A DNA stretch of 58,035 nucleotides, filler included, from Sluysia triapertura (Eukaryota): the NCBI GenBank assembly GCA_046118255.1. It is 4 parts of 4 records of this genome, joined end to end, with 100 filler letters (N's around TTAATTAATTAA, not from the genome) between each part and the next. Parts side by side here need not be neighbours in the genome. Positions count along the whole stretch, not along the records: positions 1 to 12,744 come from JBJNIA010084696.1; positions 12,845 to 27,303 come from JBJNIA010258404.1; 2 more parts are not named here. The stretch is one strand, 5' to 3'. Below are positions 1 to 13,000 of the stretch, piece after piece. The notes beneath the pieces are model-generated. The model was given only the letters and a program-made list of their open reading frames with translations, ran no database searches and was not told the DNA's origin. Within the stretch, counting starts at the first letter, position 1; every line of letters starts with the position of its first letter. The position numbers were made by a program, and so were the translations under genes.

Positions 1-32
1 TATTATTATTATTATTATTATTATTATTTTTA

Positions 33-77
<45 letters not shown>
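1..77. repeat. (TAT)n microsatellite
   Basis: Direct inspection: near-perfect TAT run at the window start. Confidence 0.95.
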
Positions 78-688
78 GGTTCATTTACATTAATTACAAT
101 TTATTATTTTATTTTATTATTTGAATTATAATCATTATAATAATAATTATTATTATTCACTATTTGCGCTCTCAGCATTGACACTTTTTCAATTATTACG
201 CATTATTATCATTGCTGACGGTCACTACTAATCAAATTTTACGTTAAATCATGAATTTTATTGGCCATCCAATCATGGTACAATAGACACATTTTTCTCT
301 TAATAGTAAAGATAATAGAAATAAACAAAAAAACAAGCAAGCATTAATAATTGTTTAGGTAACTTTTCAAAATATTTATGCAATTGTTTTATCAACACTT
401 TCTAATACAAAGTTTCAATAAAACGATCAAACTGATAGTCGAAAACAATATACCTTCAACATCTGTTATATCGTTGAGCAACTTATGCAACTTACAATAT
501 TACATCAAAGATTACCTACAAGTATGACTACAGAAACACGAAAAGGATGACAGCATTCAAAGTTTATCAAATGATAATTCTATCGGTGCTATCCATAAAT
601 CTTTTTCAACAGATGATAACGTTATCAAGCAAAATAGCAATGATAGAAATGATAATACAATTATGAGTTCTTTACTAAATAATCGAGT

Positions 689-855
689 TTATTTTATTGG
701 GATCCTATCAAATTTCTATGGAAAAGAGTTACAAAAAGTGATTTTGAAGATAAATTTAAACTTCCAAAATTCGCATTATGTCAATTTCCAGTTACTTCAT
801 CAGGACATTGTATAAAACAGGCAATGTATGTCCATATGCCCATGGTTTCAACTAG
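689..855 (+). pseudogene. Frameshifted CCCH zinc-finger fragment (ZC3H7-like context)
   Basis: Manual translation gives LFYWDPIKFLWKRVTKSDFEDKFKLPKFALCQFPVTSSGHC, then after a frameshift GNVCPYAHG. This is a C-x-C-x-C-x3-H pattern with no intact ORF. Confidence 0.5.
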
Positions 856-1801
856 TTAGTTAGTAATGCAATCCGGCCATTACGCTTTAATATCAATAAT
901 TTCAATAAGGTAATATTTTATTCTGATAAACATTATATTATTTCTTATTTTTATGTACGTAATTACAATTTAATGACTTTATTTTTAGGACCTGATATAA
1001 TATGTCTTATAGCATGCTCGAGAAATAAAGGAAGAAATGTTTATATAACTTTTTGTCTTATTATTAATAAATACTTCGTAATCAAATTTGCGTTTTAAAG
1101 TTTTAATGAGATCTAATAACTTTTTCCTTATTAATGAAAATTTAATTCAAAATAAACAAGTTAAAAACAAAACAGCACCAAAAATGATTTTGTTAGGTTG
1201 TCATCACAGCTCTCTATAATCATTTAAAAATCTTTTAAAACTTTCAAATCACTTTATTATCCATCAAAGAAAATTCGCTTCTAAAAACAGAATAGATTGT
1301 TAATCGCCATTTTTGATTTAGCTGCAATTTTCATTAGTCATTTTATAATTTTAAGTGTTACAAATTTAAACATAACTCGCTTTGTTCCGCCATTTTGAAA
1401 TTTGGAGTTTCTAATTATTTTGGCTCAATTCAATCAGCAATTTAGCTATTTGTTCCAGCTTTCTTCTCGTTCCAGTTTTTGCAGTTCATGCAAGAGTAAA
1501 TCTTTTTATTTTGATTTTTATAATCAAAAGAGATTTAAAAGAGACTTAATAATTAAAACAGACTTAAATTTCAATTTTATTATTTTATTGTAATAACCCC
1601 ATTACACTAAGGGAAAAATTCAAACTTAAAATTTAAAGAAATTTGATTAAAGATCCCACCAAGATTTTAATCATAAAATAATTGTTTAATTTTTGTTTTT
1701 TAGTTTTTGTATAGAATTAATTTTTTAATTTTTTAATTAATAATTAATATTTTAATATACTCATTGGTTGAATTGTCTTTCATAAGATAAGATTATATAT
1801 A

Positions 1802-1945
1802 GGACCCTCTAACAGTTACTAAGTTAGAGACATATTGACGAGTAAATATAGTTACATTATTAACTTTAAGTTACAGGAACGCCAACTATACGGTGTTAGA
1901 CGTTTACTGTAAACGGACTCTGCTCAATTTTTTTTGCCGTAGGTT
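1802..1945 (+). repeat. Dispersed repeat end with GACCCTCT motif and covarying hairpin (copy A)
   Basis: GGACCCTCT at 1802; stem TTACAG(1871)/CTGTAA(1907) followed by CGGAC. Homologous to copies at 4.4, 15.0, 15.45, 21.6 and 32.8 kb. Confidence 0.7.
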
Positions 1946-2882
1946 TAAACTCTTAAAAAAAATTAACAATTTTATTTTGAGATTGCTGATATTAAATTGT
2001 GATTTTGTTATAATTTTATTATTTTATAATTATTTTATTATTATTTTATAATTAATTTATTATTATTTTATAATTATTTTATTATTTTTAATTTAATATT
2101 GAAACTTCAAATGAAAAATAAATTAAAAAATAATACTTAAATCAAAACAAAATCGGATGTTAATTTCCGCTAACAATGGTAAATATAGACGTACATTTTA
2201 AATAAAAATTGTCTAAAAACAAATATAATACTTGCAAAGTTGTGATAAGCCTTTGTTAAGAGTATTATAATTTAAATTCAAACTATGTTTAAATATTATC
2301 CTGCGATATGTGTCATAATTTCATATAAAATTTTCAAAGTAATATTCAAAAGAGAGAGTAAAAGTTTTAAGGCACATAGAAGCACTTAAATATCGTAATG
2401 ATGCATTTAATTAAGAAGTAAATAAAATATACCTAAACAATAATGCAAGAAACAAAAAGTGGAATTTCTAAAACTTATTTACTAGAAGAAAATGGCTTTG
2501 GACTAAATGAAAGCACCGCAATAATGAAAAAATAATGATAGGAAACACAAAACTAATATCCAACACATAACTATTAATTGAATAAATTAAATCAATGTTA
2601 TAGAAAAACGTTAACTAATACACATTATAAAAATAATGCTTATATTTTTAGCTTGTCATCACAACCCTTGAAAATCACTAAATTCAATACAAAAAATTTA
2701 AATACAAAAAAAAATTAAAAAATAAAATTTTAATACAAATAGATGAATATATATTTAGCTACTAATAAATCTAGTACTGATCACAATTATAATGTACAAC
2801 AAAACTTTTTGCAACGGCATTTCTTATTCACCTATAAACATTATTTACGATAATTTCGATTTGTATGATCTTAATTAATGCT

Positions 2883-3100
2883 TATGTAAATAAATTAAAG
2901 TTAATTCATGAAATCATCAATTCAACCATAATGAACGTCTACGTAAATAAAATAAAGCTCAATCAAAACTCATCAAGTCGACCAAAGGTAACATCTATCT
3001 AAACAAAATAAAACTCATTCATGAAATTATCTGGTCAATTAGAAATAAAGTTTATATTAATAAAGTAAGGTGCTTTAATGAAGTTATACTAGATTAGTTT
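2883..3100 (+). repeat. Degenerate 57-bp (19-codon) tandem repeat
   Basis: Units start at 2883, 2940, 2996 and 3053 and translate to YVNKLKLIHEII / YVNKIKL / YLNKIKLIHEII / YINKV. Confidence 0.7.
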
Positions 3101-4349
3101 TCTAAAAATTTATCCAAATTAGCAAGATTAATGTTCATGTTCATAAAGTTAACGAGTTCTATGAAGAATTGCAGTTTATAAACAACGTATATGTCCACGA
3201 AGAGAAAATTAAAACAGCCAACGTAATAGAAGAGTACCACCAAAGTGGAAAATTAACATAAGTCAATCAATCTATGTTTTACCGTTTCTATTTAGGATGC
3301 ATTTGCAAAAAATTGAAGTTTGGTACCAACTTGTACAGTTTCTATAATCAAGTAATTTCTTTTGATTCTATTATTAACATTTATTCTTTTTCTTTCATTT
3401 TTCATGATGACAGTTTCTCAATATGATTGGTGTCAATTATCGTTCACATTAAATTAGATTTTATTCATTATTTTTGTTTAATAATTTACAAAAATTTTAT
3501 TGAAAGATATTAATGAAATTTATTATTTTAATTGTAATTCCATAAAATTTAACTTTTCATTAAATAATCATGTATTAAATCATCCGTTTCGTATACATTA
3601 TTTGAAAAGAGGCGAGCTATTGATATAATCATCTTCATTATACCAAATTATTGTTCTAAGATTCGAGTTTTATTTTGTTCACTAAGGAGAAAATTTCTAT
3701 TGCTATTAATCGTTAGTTTGTATTAATTAATAGAACATTTTTAAATTCAAATAAACTACACGATAAAAATACTTTTATAAATTTGAGATAAGTTTTATTT
3801 ACTTTTATAAATTCTAAAGAGAATATTATTATTGGTTGTAATGATATTAATAAATTTATAATCCTCCTTTATAAGATATAAAAATAAAGTTTGTATATTA
3901 AATTTTCATATTGTTATTGAATAATAGTATTTTGTCTATTTATGGATAATTGAATTTTTTTATAAAATATAAAATGTGTACAACAAAAATAAAATTTGTG
4001 TTTTAAATTATTATTTATTTATTGAATTGTATTTGATTGTATTCATTAATTATATATTTACACATAATTGAATTTTATAAAATTGTAATAAATATTTAAT
4101 CAGTCTCGTTTTTCTTTCGTTTCGAAAAAACGACATTACAGCATATTTATGGTAAATCAAATTTTTATCCATAAAATTATTAACTACTTTGAAAAGAAAT
4201 AAATATCGGTACTAATTTTTGCCTTAAAGGATTGAATTTTATCTTTCCGGACACATATAGTTAATCAGATTACATCGTTACAATTTTTCAATAAAATAAT
4301 CAAATGCATAATAAGAGAAAATTATTTATATTGTTTGATTTCTCTATAA

Positions 4350-4480
4350 AAATCAGCAATTATAATTTTAAATAAATGGGTCCATCTGTATAATGCGGTT
4401 TACGTCTGAACGAGGACGCAATTACAGATATAGTGCTAAAATAAATTAAAGCTTTCTTATAAAAATCGAAGAGATGGTCA
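4350..4480 (-). repeat. Dispersed hairpin repeat (copy B)
   Basis: ATCTGTA(4384)/TACAGAT(4423) stem; GGGTCC at 4378; ATAAAAATCG..AGAGATGGTC matches copy E. Confidence 0.65.
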
Positions 4481-4760
4481 TTACTTTTCCTTTTAATCGC
4501 TATAAAATTATAAAAACCCTTTCTATTACTTTGGTACACTAGATTAGTTACACTTCTTATTTAATCTATGCAAATTTTAATTTAATGTATTATGTCAATC
4601 TACAATTATTAACTAATATACTTCTCGAAATATTTTAATATATTATGTCAATTTATAATTATTAACTTAATATACTTCTCTAAATATATATCTTAAAATA
4701 TTATCTCAGTAAAAGTCCTATGTTATTAATTTGTTCTTACTGGTTCAAAATATCTCCTAC

Positions 4761-4763
<3 letters not shown>

Positions 4764-4816
<53 letters not shown>
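4764..4816. repeat. (TTA)n microsatellite
   Basis: Direct inspection. Confidence 0.95.
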
Positions 4817-4828
4817 CCCAATGTATCT

Positions 4829-5632
4829 TGTAACTCAACAAAGAAAAACACACGAATACCAAAATTTTATTAAAGAAACGAGAATTTATCATTGTAGTAA
4901 ATAAAATAATATAAAGTAAATAATTTTAAAAATAAAGATTTATTTCTTTATTTATTTTAAAATTTAAAATTAATTAAGAGCTAGGTATAATACTTGGCGT
5001 ACACAAAACAAAATTTTAAGTAAGATATTAGAACAGAAAATTATTTTTGTGCAATCCTAACAATTATCAACTTACGTTAAACAATTGTTTCCAAAAAGAA
5101 TTAAGAAAAACCAAAGTTCTGAATCCAAGTTGGTTGTTTGAACACCAGTTCCAAATCGATAATTCCAAATTAATTTACTACCAAATTTATTCCACGTCGA
5201 TATTCGATAATTCCAAGCTAAATCGAACTTGTAACCAAATTTATTCCAAGTCAATATTCTCCGGCAAATCTCTTTTCCGTTGATAACCTTTTTGTGCGAG
5301 GCGCAAAAATAATTTCTTAGCTTTTATATGACTTTGATGACGGATATTTAATATTTATTTTATTACTTTATAAACATAAAAAATATACATAAAATTACAT
5401 AAAATTCCTTTATTCGGCTTATTATGAAATTGTATTTGAGTGATTAAAATTAGATATTAATTTTATAAAAATTGTTTATTTAAAAAAATATTAATTTTAT
5501 TTACAAAGAATTTCTATTAAAAATTATTTACAAAATTAGGTGTTAAGCAAAGATTTTATTTTATCAAAATTACAAAATTAAGTATTTTACAAAATTATTT
5601 ACAAAAATTACACAAAGATTTTTATTTTACAA
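4829..5632 (-). mobile_element. Possible solo LTR-like repeat with internal tandem units
   Basis: Begins TGTAAC and ends near TTTACA. Contains internal CCAAATTTATTCCA repeats (5140-5260) and a TATA-like CTTTTATAT, as seen in other LTR-like blocks. No second copy was found. Confidence 0.3.
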
Positions 5633-5861
5633 TATTTACTATCCTAAATTTAATTTCAAAAAGGTCCTTTTTGATCATATTTAAATTATTTGATATTGAC
5701 GAAAGATATATTCGATAATTATCTTTTAACCTCCAATATTTGCAATTTCTTTAAACGATGACATCTATGCATCAGCCCTTTAGTGTGTAAGCGGTGTCAT
5801 AGATGATTCACGAATATAAAGACAAATAAAATATATTAACGTTTCATTTAATTTTTATTTT

Positions 5862-6130
5862 TTATCTTTAAGAAACCGATCACATTAATTACATATTACT
5901 GCCTATTTTCATGTCTATTATTATTCATATGTTTATGACTTATTTAGAAGAGGGTGTTTATTGATAAGTAAAAAAGGTGAAGTTATTAATTTTACAAAAT
6001 TTTCTTTTATTATTGAAGTAATTCTTCTGAAGCACTTGAGTTAAGTGTTATTGGTTATGGATGACTTGGAAGTGTTATAATTAATGAATTAGTACATTGT
6101 AAAATAATTCCTCCTGAAAGTATTTATGTA
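5862..6130 (+). pseudogene. NOXRED1: NOXRED1-like N-terminal fragment (Rossmann GxGxxG) with stops and a frameshift
   Basis: LSLRNRSH*LHITAYFHVYYYSYVYDLFR followed by LELSVIGYG*LGSVIINELVHCKIIPPESIYV. This resembles the NOXRED1 pattern L.L..RS..L.I.A..H..FF ... VGIIGGGHLG....L.....IP.ES. Confidence 0.6.
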
Positions 6131-6137
6131 TTTATGT

Positions 6138-6371
6138 GATCCTAGTGATGATCGAGAACATCCTAAAATTCGTTTTCCATAAGAAAAAGTTTGTCCTAAA
6201 TGTTGGATTAATACAAATAATTCACCTGAAGATCAAGGAACTGTAATTCGTGAATGGATTACTTTTAATCATTCCACTCGAGAAGTATTGAATGAATCGT
6301 ATAGCCCTCATTTTTTTGATTCAAATCATACTGTGGGGTTACTTAATAATACAAGTGCCACGCGATTGTAG
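6138..6371 (+). pseudogene. QSOX: QSOX (sulfhydryl oxidase) C-terminal ERV-domain fragment
   Basis: DPSDDREHPKIRFP*EKVCPKCW...EW...VLNESYSP matches the QSOX motif SEDP.FPK.Q(W/F)P...C..C. Contains an in-frame stop. Confidence 0.65.
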
Positions 6372-6429
6372 AACGAATAACATATTTTGAATATTTTATA
6401 TTCATATTTCCTACGACCGGTATTGTTGT

Positions 6430-7050
6430 TTGGATTTAATAAACCAAAGCTTGAAGAAATTTTATTTCAGCTCAAATTTACTGGTAAACAACTGGATAAA
6501 TTTGCAAAGAAAGCTGAGAAAGATAAACTAGTTGAACAAAGTAAAGTGAAAAAGGCACTTTTACAAAAAATATCGAAGGTGCTAAAATTTATACAGAAAA
6601 TGCAATCCGAAAGTAAAATGAATGTCTTAATTATATGAGACTATCTTCAAAATTAGATGCAATTGTTTCTAGAATTCAAACAGCTATGACTATGCAACAA
6701 GTTACAAAAGGTCTTGGGAATGTTACCAAAGATCTTGAAAAAGCAATGGCTTCTATAGATTTAGAAAAAATAGATCGATTTATGTCAAAATTTGAAACTC
6801 AATTTGAGGATTTGTATGTGAGAGCATCAACGGTAGAAAATTCAATGGGAAATGCAGTGACGTTATCTGCTCCAGAAGATCAAGTTCAAGCCTAATTAAG
6901 CAAGTTGCAGATGAAAATGGATTACAAATTATGGATCAAGCGTCTGATTTACCGGTAAACCAAGGATCTTTGATTTCAGGTTCCGAACGTTCAGCAGTTA
7001 AAGATAATGAATTGGGTCGAAGATTGGCTGCTTTAAGAGACCAAGTACAA
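6430..7050 (+). pseudogene. CHMP1: CHMP1 (ESCRT-III, Did2) near-full-length intronless pseudogene
   Basis: [65 protein letters not shown]. Frameshifts near 6570 and 6893 and a TAA at ~6614. Confidence 0.9.
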
Positions 7051-7386
7051 TGCTTTATTATTTTTCAAATATATTAACCAAGAAACACAACCTTATTGAT
7101 AAAAGTATTATTTTTAATTAAAAATTTCAAAATACGTAACTACTCAGTGCATTATAATATATAATTATATTTTTACTAAAAGTAATAAATTGCTTGAAAA
7201 AATGACAAAAAATAATTCAGTGGTCAACATAATTCTGCATTGTTTCAATTTTAATAAACTCTTATTCGCAAAATGAAAACAATAAAATTTAATAATTTTA
7301 TGATCCTCCTTGTGTAATATTTAAAATAAATATAAAAATTCATTAATTGATAATTGATAAATTGTTGGATTAGTTATAAAATGATA

Positions 7387-8050
7387 ATGGGTTGCTGTAT
7401 TGGACGTTTAGCTTCATCAGTAATTTGTTGTTGTGCTAGTGCCACCTCAAGCATTTGTTATAAGTGCGGTGGTAATAATTGTATTTCATCAACAGTCACT
7501 CGACTCATTTATCTTATGATTTACCTAGTAATTTGCTCACTATCAATTTCATGTTTGCTTCGAGATTATAATGTAATATTACGAAAAATACCTTTATTAT
7601 GTAATTCAAACATAAGTGCAATATATCGTATTCATTTTTCTATGTTTGTATTTTTCATCATAATGTCAATGTTATTACTCCGAGTAAATTCGACATTTCG
7701 TAATAATATTCGTAATGCCTATTGGGTTACGAAATTTTCAATATTAATGTTGATAACAACACTATTATTTATTTTTATACCAAATGATTACTTTTCACCA
7801 ATTTTAACTATAATGAGTCAAATATGTGCAGTTGTATTTGTTATATTGGAATTAGTTTTATTGTTGGACACTATCAAATTTGAATGAGTTATGGTTTGAT
7901 TAATATACACTTTTGGTTTTATGTTATTGTTTGTCCATTATATTAGCAACAGTAACATTTATTTTGCACGGTATTAAAAAGATGCGTATATATTAGTAGT
8001 ATACTTTATGCATTATATTGAGTATAATGTCGATTTTATCAGCTCTAATT
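7387..8050 (+). pseudogene. SERINC: SERINC (serine incorporator/TDE) N-terminal fragment
   Basis: MGCCIG..ASSVICCC.SA...C, SSTVTRLIY, AIYRIHF, IRNAYWVTKF, LELVLLLD. Stop at 7885-7887, then a frameshifted remnant (LCIILSIMSIL) to ~8050; the C-terminal half is absent. Confidence 0.85.
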
Positions 8051-9939
8051 AGTGAAACTATGTCATCGTTATTAAAAGATATTCTGACGAAGATAGTAAC
8101 GGTTACATATATTATTATATTAAATAACTGTTTCTGTCTAAATATTTTCTATTGTTTTATAATAAAATTAAATTTTGTTGATTTGATTTTTAAATTTTTT
8201 TTAGGTCTTAACCCTATTTTGTTAATTATTTCGTTAAATTGTTTATCAGTTGTTATAAGGTTTAATATTTTATTAAGTTGTCTAATTCTAAATATAAAAA
8301 CGTTTAAAAGTTCAATTAAAAAGATTTTCATAAATTTGCTTAACGCTTCAATTAGAAAGTTTGGAATGTTAATAATAAAAATAAAAAGTCCTCCAAACTT
8401 ATAAATTATAATAATTGATTTTCTTTTGTCAATGCCCTATAAATAATAAATCTACACACATCATGTTTGTAAATCCTTTTTAAAAGGATTCAAAATACAA
8501 GTGACTAAATTACATAGTTTTAACTTTGTAAAATAAGCCATTTTGTAAAGTTTTTTCACTAGTTTAAAAAATGACTCAAATATATTATTTAATTTAAATT
8601 AAGTGAGGTTAGATTTGACAGAACTCCAATAGAACCCACATTGTAACCACACAAATGTCACAAATAAATGCATCATTTTAGAAAGTTATAAATATTCTGC
8701 CTTTATGCATTCGACCTCACTTTGCTACTTTTATATTCCACAATCCTGTGAGCGAGCCCTTAATTTTGTAAGACTCGGACCAGAAGCGATCATGGTCTTT
8801 CATTGTGGAACTACATATTTACTGAAATTAAATTTTAGATTGTTTATCATATTTATCAAATTTAGATATAAATGTAAGTAATATCATAGTCTTATTTCGA
8901 AATATCAACTTACCTTAAGTCAGTTGTCCTAGTTTTAAAGTACATTAAGTGTCATTTTCAACAATTTAGTAATATTAGTAGAATATAATTTAAATCTATA
9001 CATAACGTTGACAGAAGAACCGTTAATTAGGGGCATCATTCAAACGCTTCATTTCACATTGCTGCAAAAGAAGAATAACAATTTATTTATCTCCATATGT
9101 TTTGTAAGATTAGTTCGCTGCAAAATCATGTGTACAAACCATTCGGAAAGGAATATTTCAGAACAATTCTATAGTGGTTTTAAATTATAATGGTTTAAAA
9201 TAGACAACAGTTATATATTTAGCATTTATAAAATTTTTATGAATCACTAATATATTTTATGAATAAAAAATCGCCATTTGACAGTAGGATTGTTAATAAA
9301 ATTGTTTATGTATGCAGCGTATATAAATCATTATAAAAATCAGTATATAAATTCGAAAAGGTTAATTAGTTTCTTTACTTTTGTAAATTTGTATTATTAT
9401 AATGATTAGATTTTGTCATTTCGATTGGCACATTATTTGTCACTTTATGTGCTTTGGATGATTGAATGTAATGGTGTACATAAGGTTTTTAATTAACAAA
9501 TGGATTGGTAGAAAGAATAACATCAATATAACATAGAGAATCTTTACAAGGGCTATTGTAGAAGTGTCTTAAAGCGTAACGTATCATATAACAAACGAAT
9601 GAGTCAGTGACATCTGAATAATGAATAGAGTTAAAACGAGATTATAGGGAAGTTTGAAAATGACATAAATAAGATGGTAAATTAAGACGGATTTTCAATA
9701 AAGATGATAATGATAACCGTAATGTTTAAAATTTTGGTAAAAATGAAGTACCTTATGTGGCAAATGTACAAAAACAAATTTTATCTGATTATAAAATAAT
9801 TCATCATACAAAATATAAGTAAAAAATAATTTATTTTAGTTGTAGAATTTTTACAAAAGATGCTAACTTTAAACTTTTCAGCCTTAAGGACTATCAGACT
9901 AATTTTACAAAAATCTACAAAATTAAAGTAAATAACAAT

Positions 9940-11520
9940 TAATTTATTTTTCCATAAATATCAAAGGTATAAGCTTTTAAGCATATATATAGCTTGCTTT
10001 TCTTACAAAAGTGTATTAAACTAACAATGCTTTGAATTTTTTTCAAAGCTAATAAATACAAGTGATAGTTTGGAATAACTGTAAATAGTTCATAGAAATT
10101 ACAAATTTCTACATAAAAACTCATGAAGTTATTAAAATGGAAAAATGAATCGACCAGTTGATTTGATAGCATAATTATTGTTAGCCATGAATCTGCATAG
10201 TCTGAATTAATTGAAACAAGGTACCTTTAAACTAATTGTAAATTTATATCGACAAATTGAACAGCATAAAGATTTCTTATTCGGAATGTTGAATATCGTT
10301 CAGAAGTTCATAAATCTTGATATTTCTATACCTTCTGAAAAGAGTATGAAACACGTAATGTGGTAATTCTTGAATTAAATATATAAGCGATTTTCTCCAA
10401 ATTTTACAAGAGCGATAAATATGTAGATTATAAATTCTGACTATAGCATCATTTAATAAATCTGATTACAGGAATAGATCACGAGTCATTTTTCTAAAAT
10501 GCAAAATCATAAATATAGCTAACTTCCCAATAATTATTGATCGCGATTATTTATTTTATAAATTGTAATTTAGATATTTCACATCGAAATTCTGCATTAT
10601 CACAAACTAATTGCTTACGAACATTGGTTAAACTTTCTAAATTTGATTCCACAAATACGATTCTTTCTTGTTACTGGGGAGTCATTTTATCTGTGTAAGT
10701 TAAATCATTGTTGTCTTCAATAATAGCATTATGAAATACAGACTTTTGCGTAACCTTTTTAAGTTTAAACTTAAATCCAATAAAAATAAGCTTCTCAAAT
10801 GAAACACTTGATTCATTTCTGAATATAAAGTTTGTTCCAAGCAGTTAGATGGAATTTTTGAAGCATCGTTATTCTTTTGTTGCGTATTTTGCTACATTTT
10901 AATATTATTTTGCTTGCAGACATTTATTTCTGCATGTGCTGCATCAAATTTAACTTTCAAAATTAAAATTTTTTGTATCAATTTCATTTCTTAATTCATT
11001 AACTTCTTTCATCAATTTATCTGGATTTAGGACATTTTCAAGTACTGCTAATTCAAATTGACAAATACCATACTCAGCTGATAGTTTCATTAATAGGGAT
11101 TTTGCACTTTTCTTATACATTATAAAATTTGATGAAGAAAATGAGTCATATATTGTGTGGATTTCACATCATAACTTTTGATTTTATTTGATCTAATTGA
11201 ATTTTTGTAAGTTGATTTTGAAATTTCAGATTCATCAATTTCATGTGAATCGTTGTGTTGTTTTTTATTATCGTAATCTTTATCTTTTTCAAATCTTCTT
11301 CATCTAATGTGTGAAAATTTTGATTTGACATTGTAAGTTCATCATTAATAACTGTTTCTGGGCTGATATTGTAAAGTTGATGACGACTGGGGTTCTCAAA
11401 TAATACAATTAACAGAAGCTTCTGTTGATAAGGAAGATAACGTAATAATGGAAAATATCGTGACAAAAAAATTAGAGGAAGATAAAAAAGAAAAATACAA
11501 TAAAAATGATAATAATAAAA
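9940..11520 (-). mobile_element. Highly decayed Gypsy-type gag(-pro) remnant
   Basis: Broken frames give SSLSTEAS..I.EP, YN....VI...TMSNQNFHTLDEEDL (gag-like) and LYA...L...W (protease-region-like). Many stops. Confidence 0.4.
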
Positions 11521-12674
11521 CAATAAAAAACAGCTGTTACTATATCAATTTGCTAAAGTCATTAGCTCTTATTATTTAGCCAATGTTTTATATGAAGGTG
11601 AATTTTACATAGAAGAGAAATGGCAGAAGTATGAGTGAGAAGTATTATTGTTTTATAGGAAATGTGTGATAAAAGGCTTTATATTATGAAATATAGAGCT
11701 TCAAGCATCGTAGAGAATGCATTTCCTATATTATAGTTGATTGTTTACCTAATATGTAAAATTCTTTTGAGTAATTTCTATTTTACGTGGATGGATAACG
11801 TAACATGAAACTCTGAATTATTAGTTGAACCACTACATTTACGTAAATTATGGTAATAGTAAATTACTTAAATTATTTAATTTTCTATTGTATTTATTAA
11901 TTTCACTGCTTTTTGTTGACTTGTGCTTGTTTGTGCATGTTAGCATATATTTATTCATTTTCATTTTAATAAAGTAAATGGATTTTTTCATTATTCTGAC
12001 ATTGTCGTTTGATTCGTACTCTTTTTAAGATGAGCAATTCTTTATTTTTAATTCATATTTAGTAATTTATTTACAAATAATAAAAAAATAATAATATGAA
12101 TCCAAGATTGCATATTCCGCAAAAATGAATTTTTTTCTTTATGTTAAATGTTAAAATGTTAAAAAGCAAATTTAAATATCAAATATTGAATTATAAATAA
12201 TATAATAAGAAAAACCTCAAAAACGACATTTTGAATCAAAAACACATTTAAGTAAATTTACATCTAATAAGAAATGCTGATATTATTCAAAAAATAGTTA
12301 TTCGTAGAATTTGCCATTTGTAACAAACTCCATGATAATAAATTTATCCCCAAACACTTCTTCAGTGAAAATGTCAAAACTAAACTTACTCTTTTTAAAA
12401 AATATTTAAAAACTGTTCCATTTTCAGATTAGCAGAGAAATGTGTCTGCTTTTTAATACCGTAAAATATAAAATGTCGATTTCAGATGTGATAATAAATT
12501 TATAATTTTGCAAATGAAAGCTGCAAATTACAATTATAGTTAAAAAAAGAATAAAGAAATAAATAGTTAAATAAGCTATAATAATAAAAAATGATAATGT
12601 GAATTATGCATACAATAAATTTTTTCTCATTTCATGTCGCTTTATAAATATAAGTTCATTAAACACTTATTAAA

Positions 12675-12675
<1 letters not shown>

Positions 12676-12744
<69 letters not shown>
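12676..12744. repeat. (ACT)n microsatellite abutting an assembly gap
   Basis: Direct inspection. Confidence 0.95.
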
Positions 12745-12843
12745 NNNNNNNNNNNNNNNNNNNNNNNNNNNNNNNNNNNNNNNNNNNNTTAATTAATTAA
12801 NNNNNNNNNNNNNNNNNNNNNNNNNNNNNNNNNNNNNNNNNNN
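12745..12843. other. Assembly gap with artificial TTAATTAATTAA linker
   Basis: N-run flanking a palindromic 12-mer (12789-12800) that has stops in all six frames. The same 12-mer occurs in all three gaps. Confidence 0.95.
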
Positions 12844-12889
12844 NGTTAGAACCTTCATTTTTGGAAATATTTTTTATTCATTCTTAATT

Positions 12890-13000
12890 ATGTTAATATA
12901 AAAATGAATATTAGTTAATATTAAATTGAATAGTGGTTAAAATAAAAATGAATATTGGTTAATAAAAAAATGAATACAGATTAATATAAAAATGAATAAC
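12890..13000. repeat. ~22-bp minisatellite (TAATATAAAAATGAATATTGGT-like, ~5 units)
   Basis: Recurring AAAAATGAATA core at ~22-bp spacing. Confidence 0.75.

Noticed and set aside
8600-9200. GRF-zinc-finger-like and piggyBac-like peptide traces on the minus strand
   Set aside because: Too degenerate, with key residues replaced by stops, to support a call.
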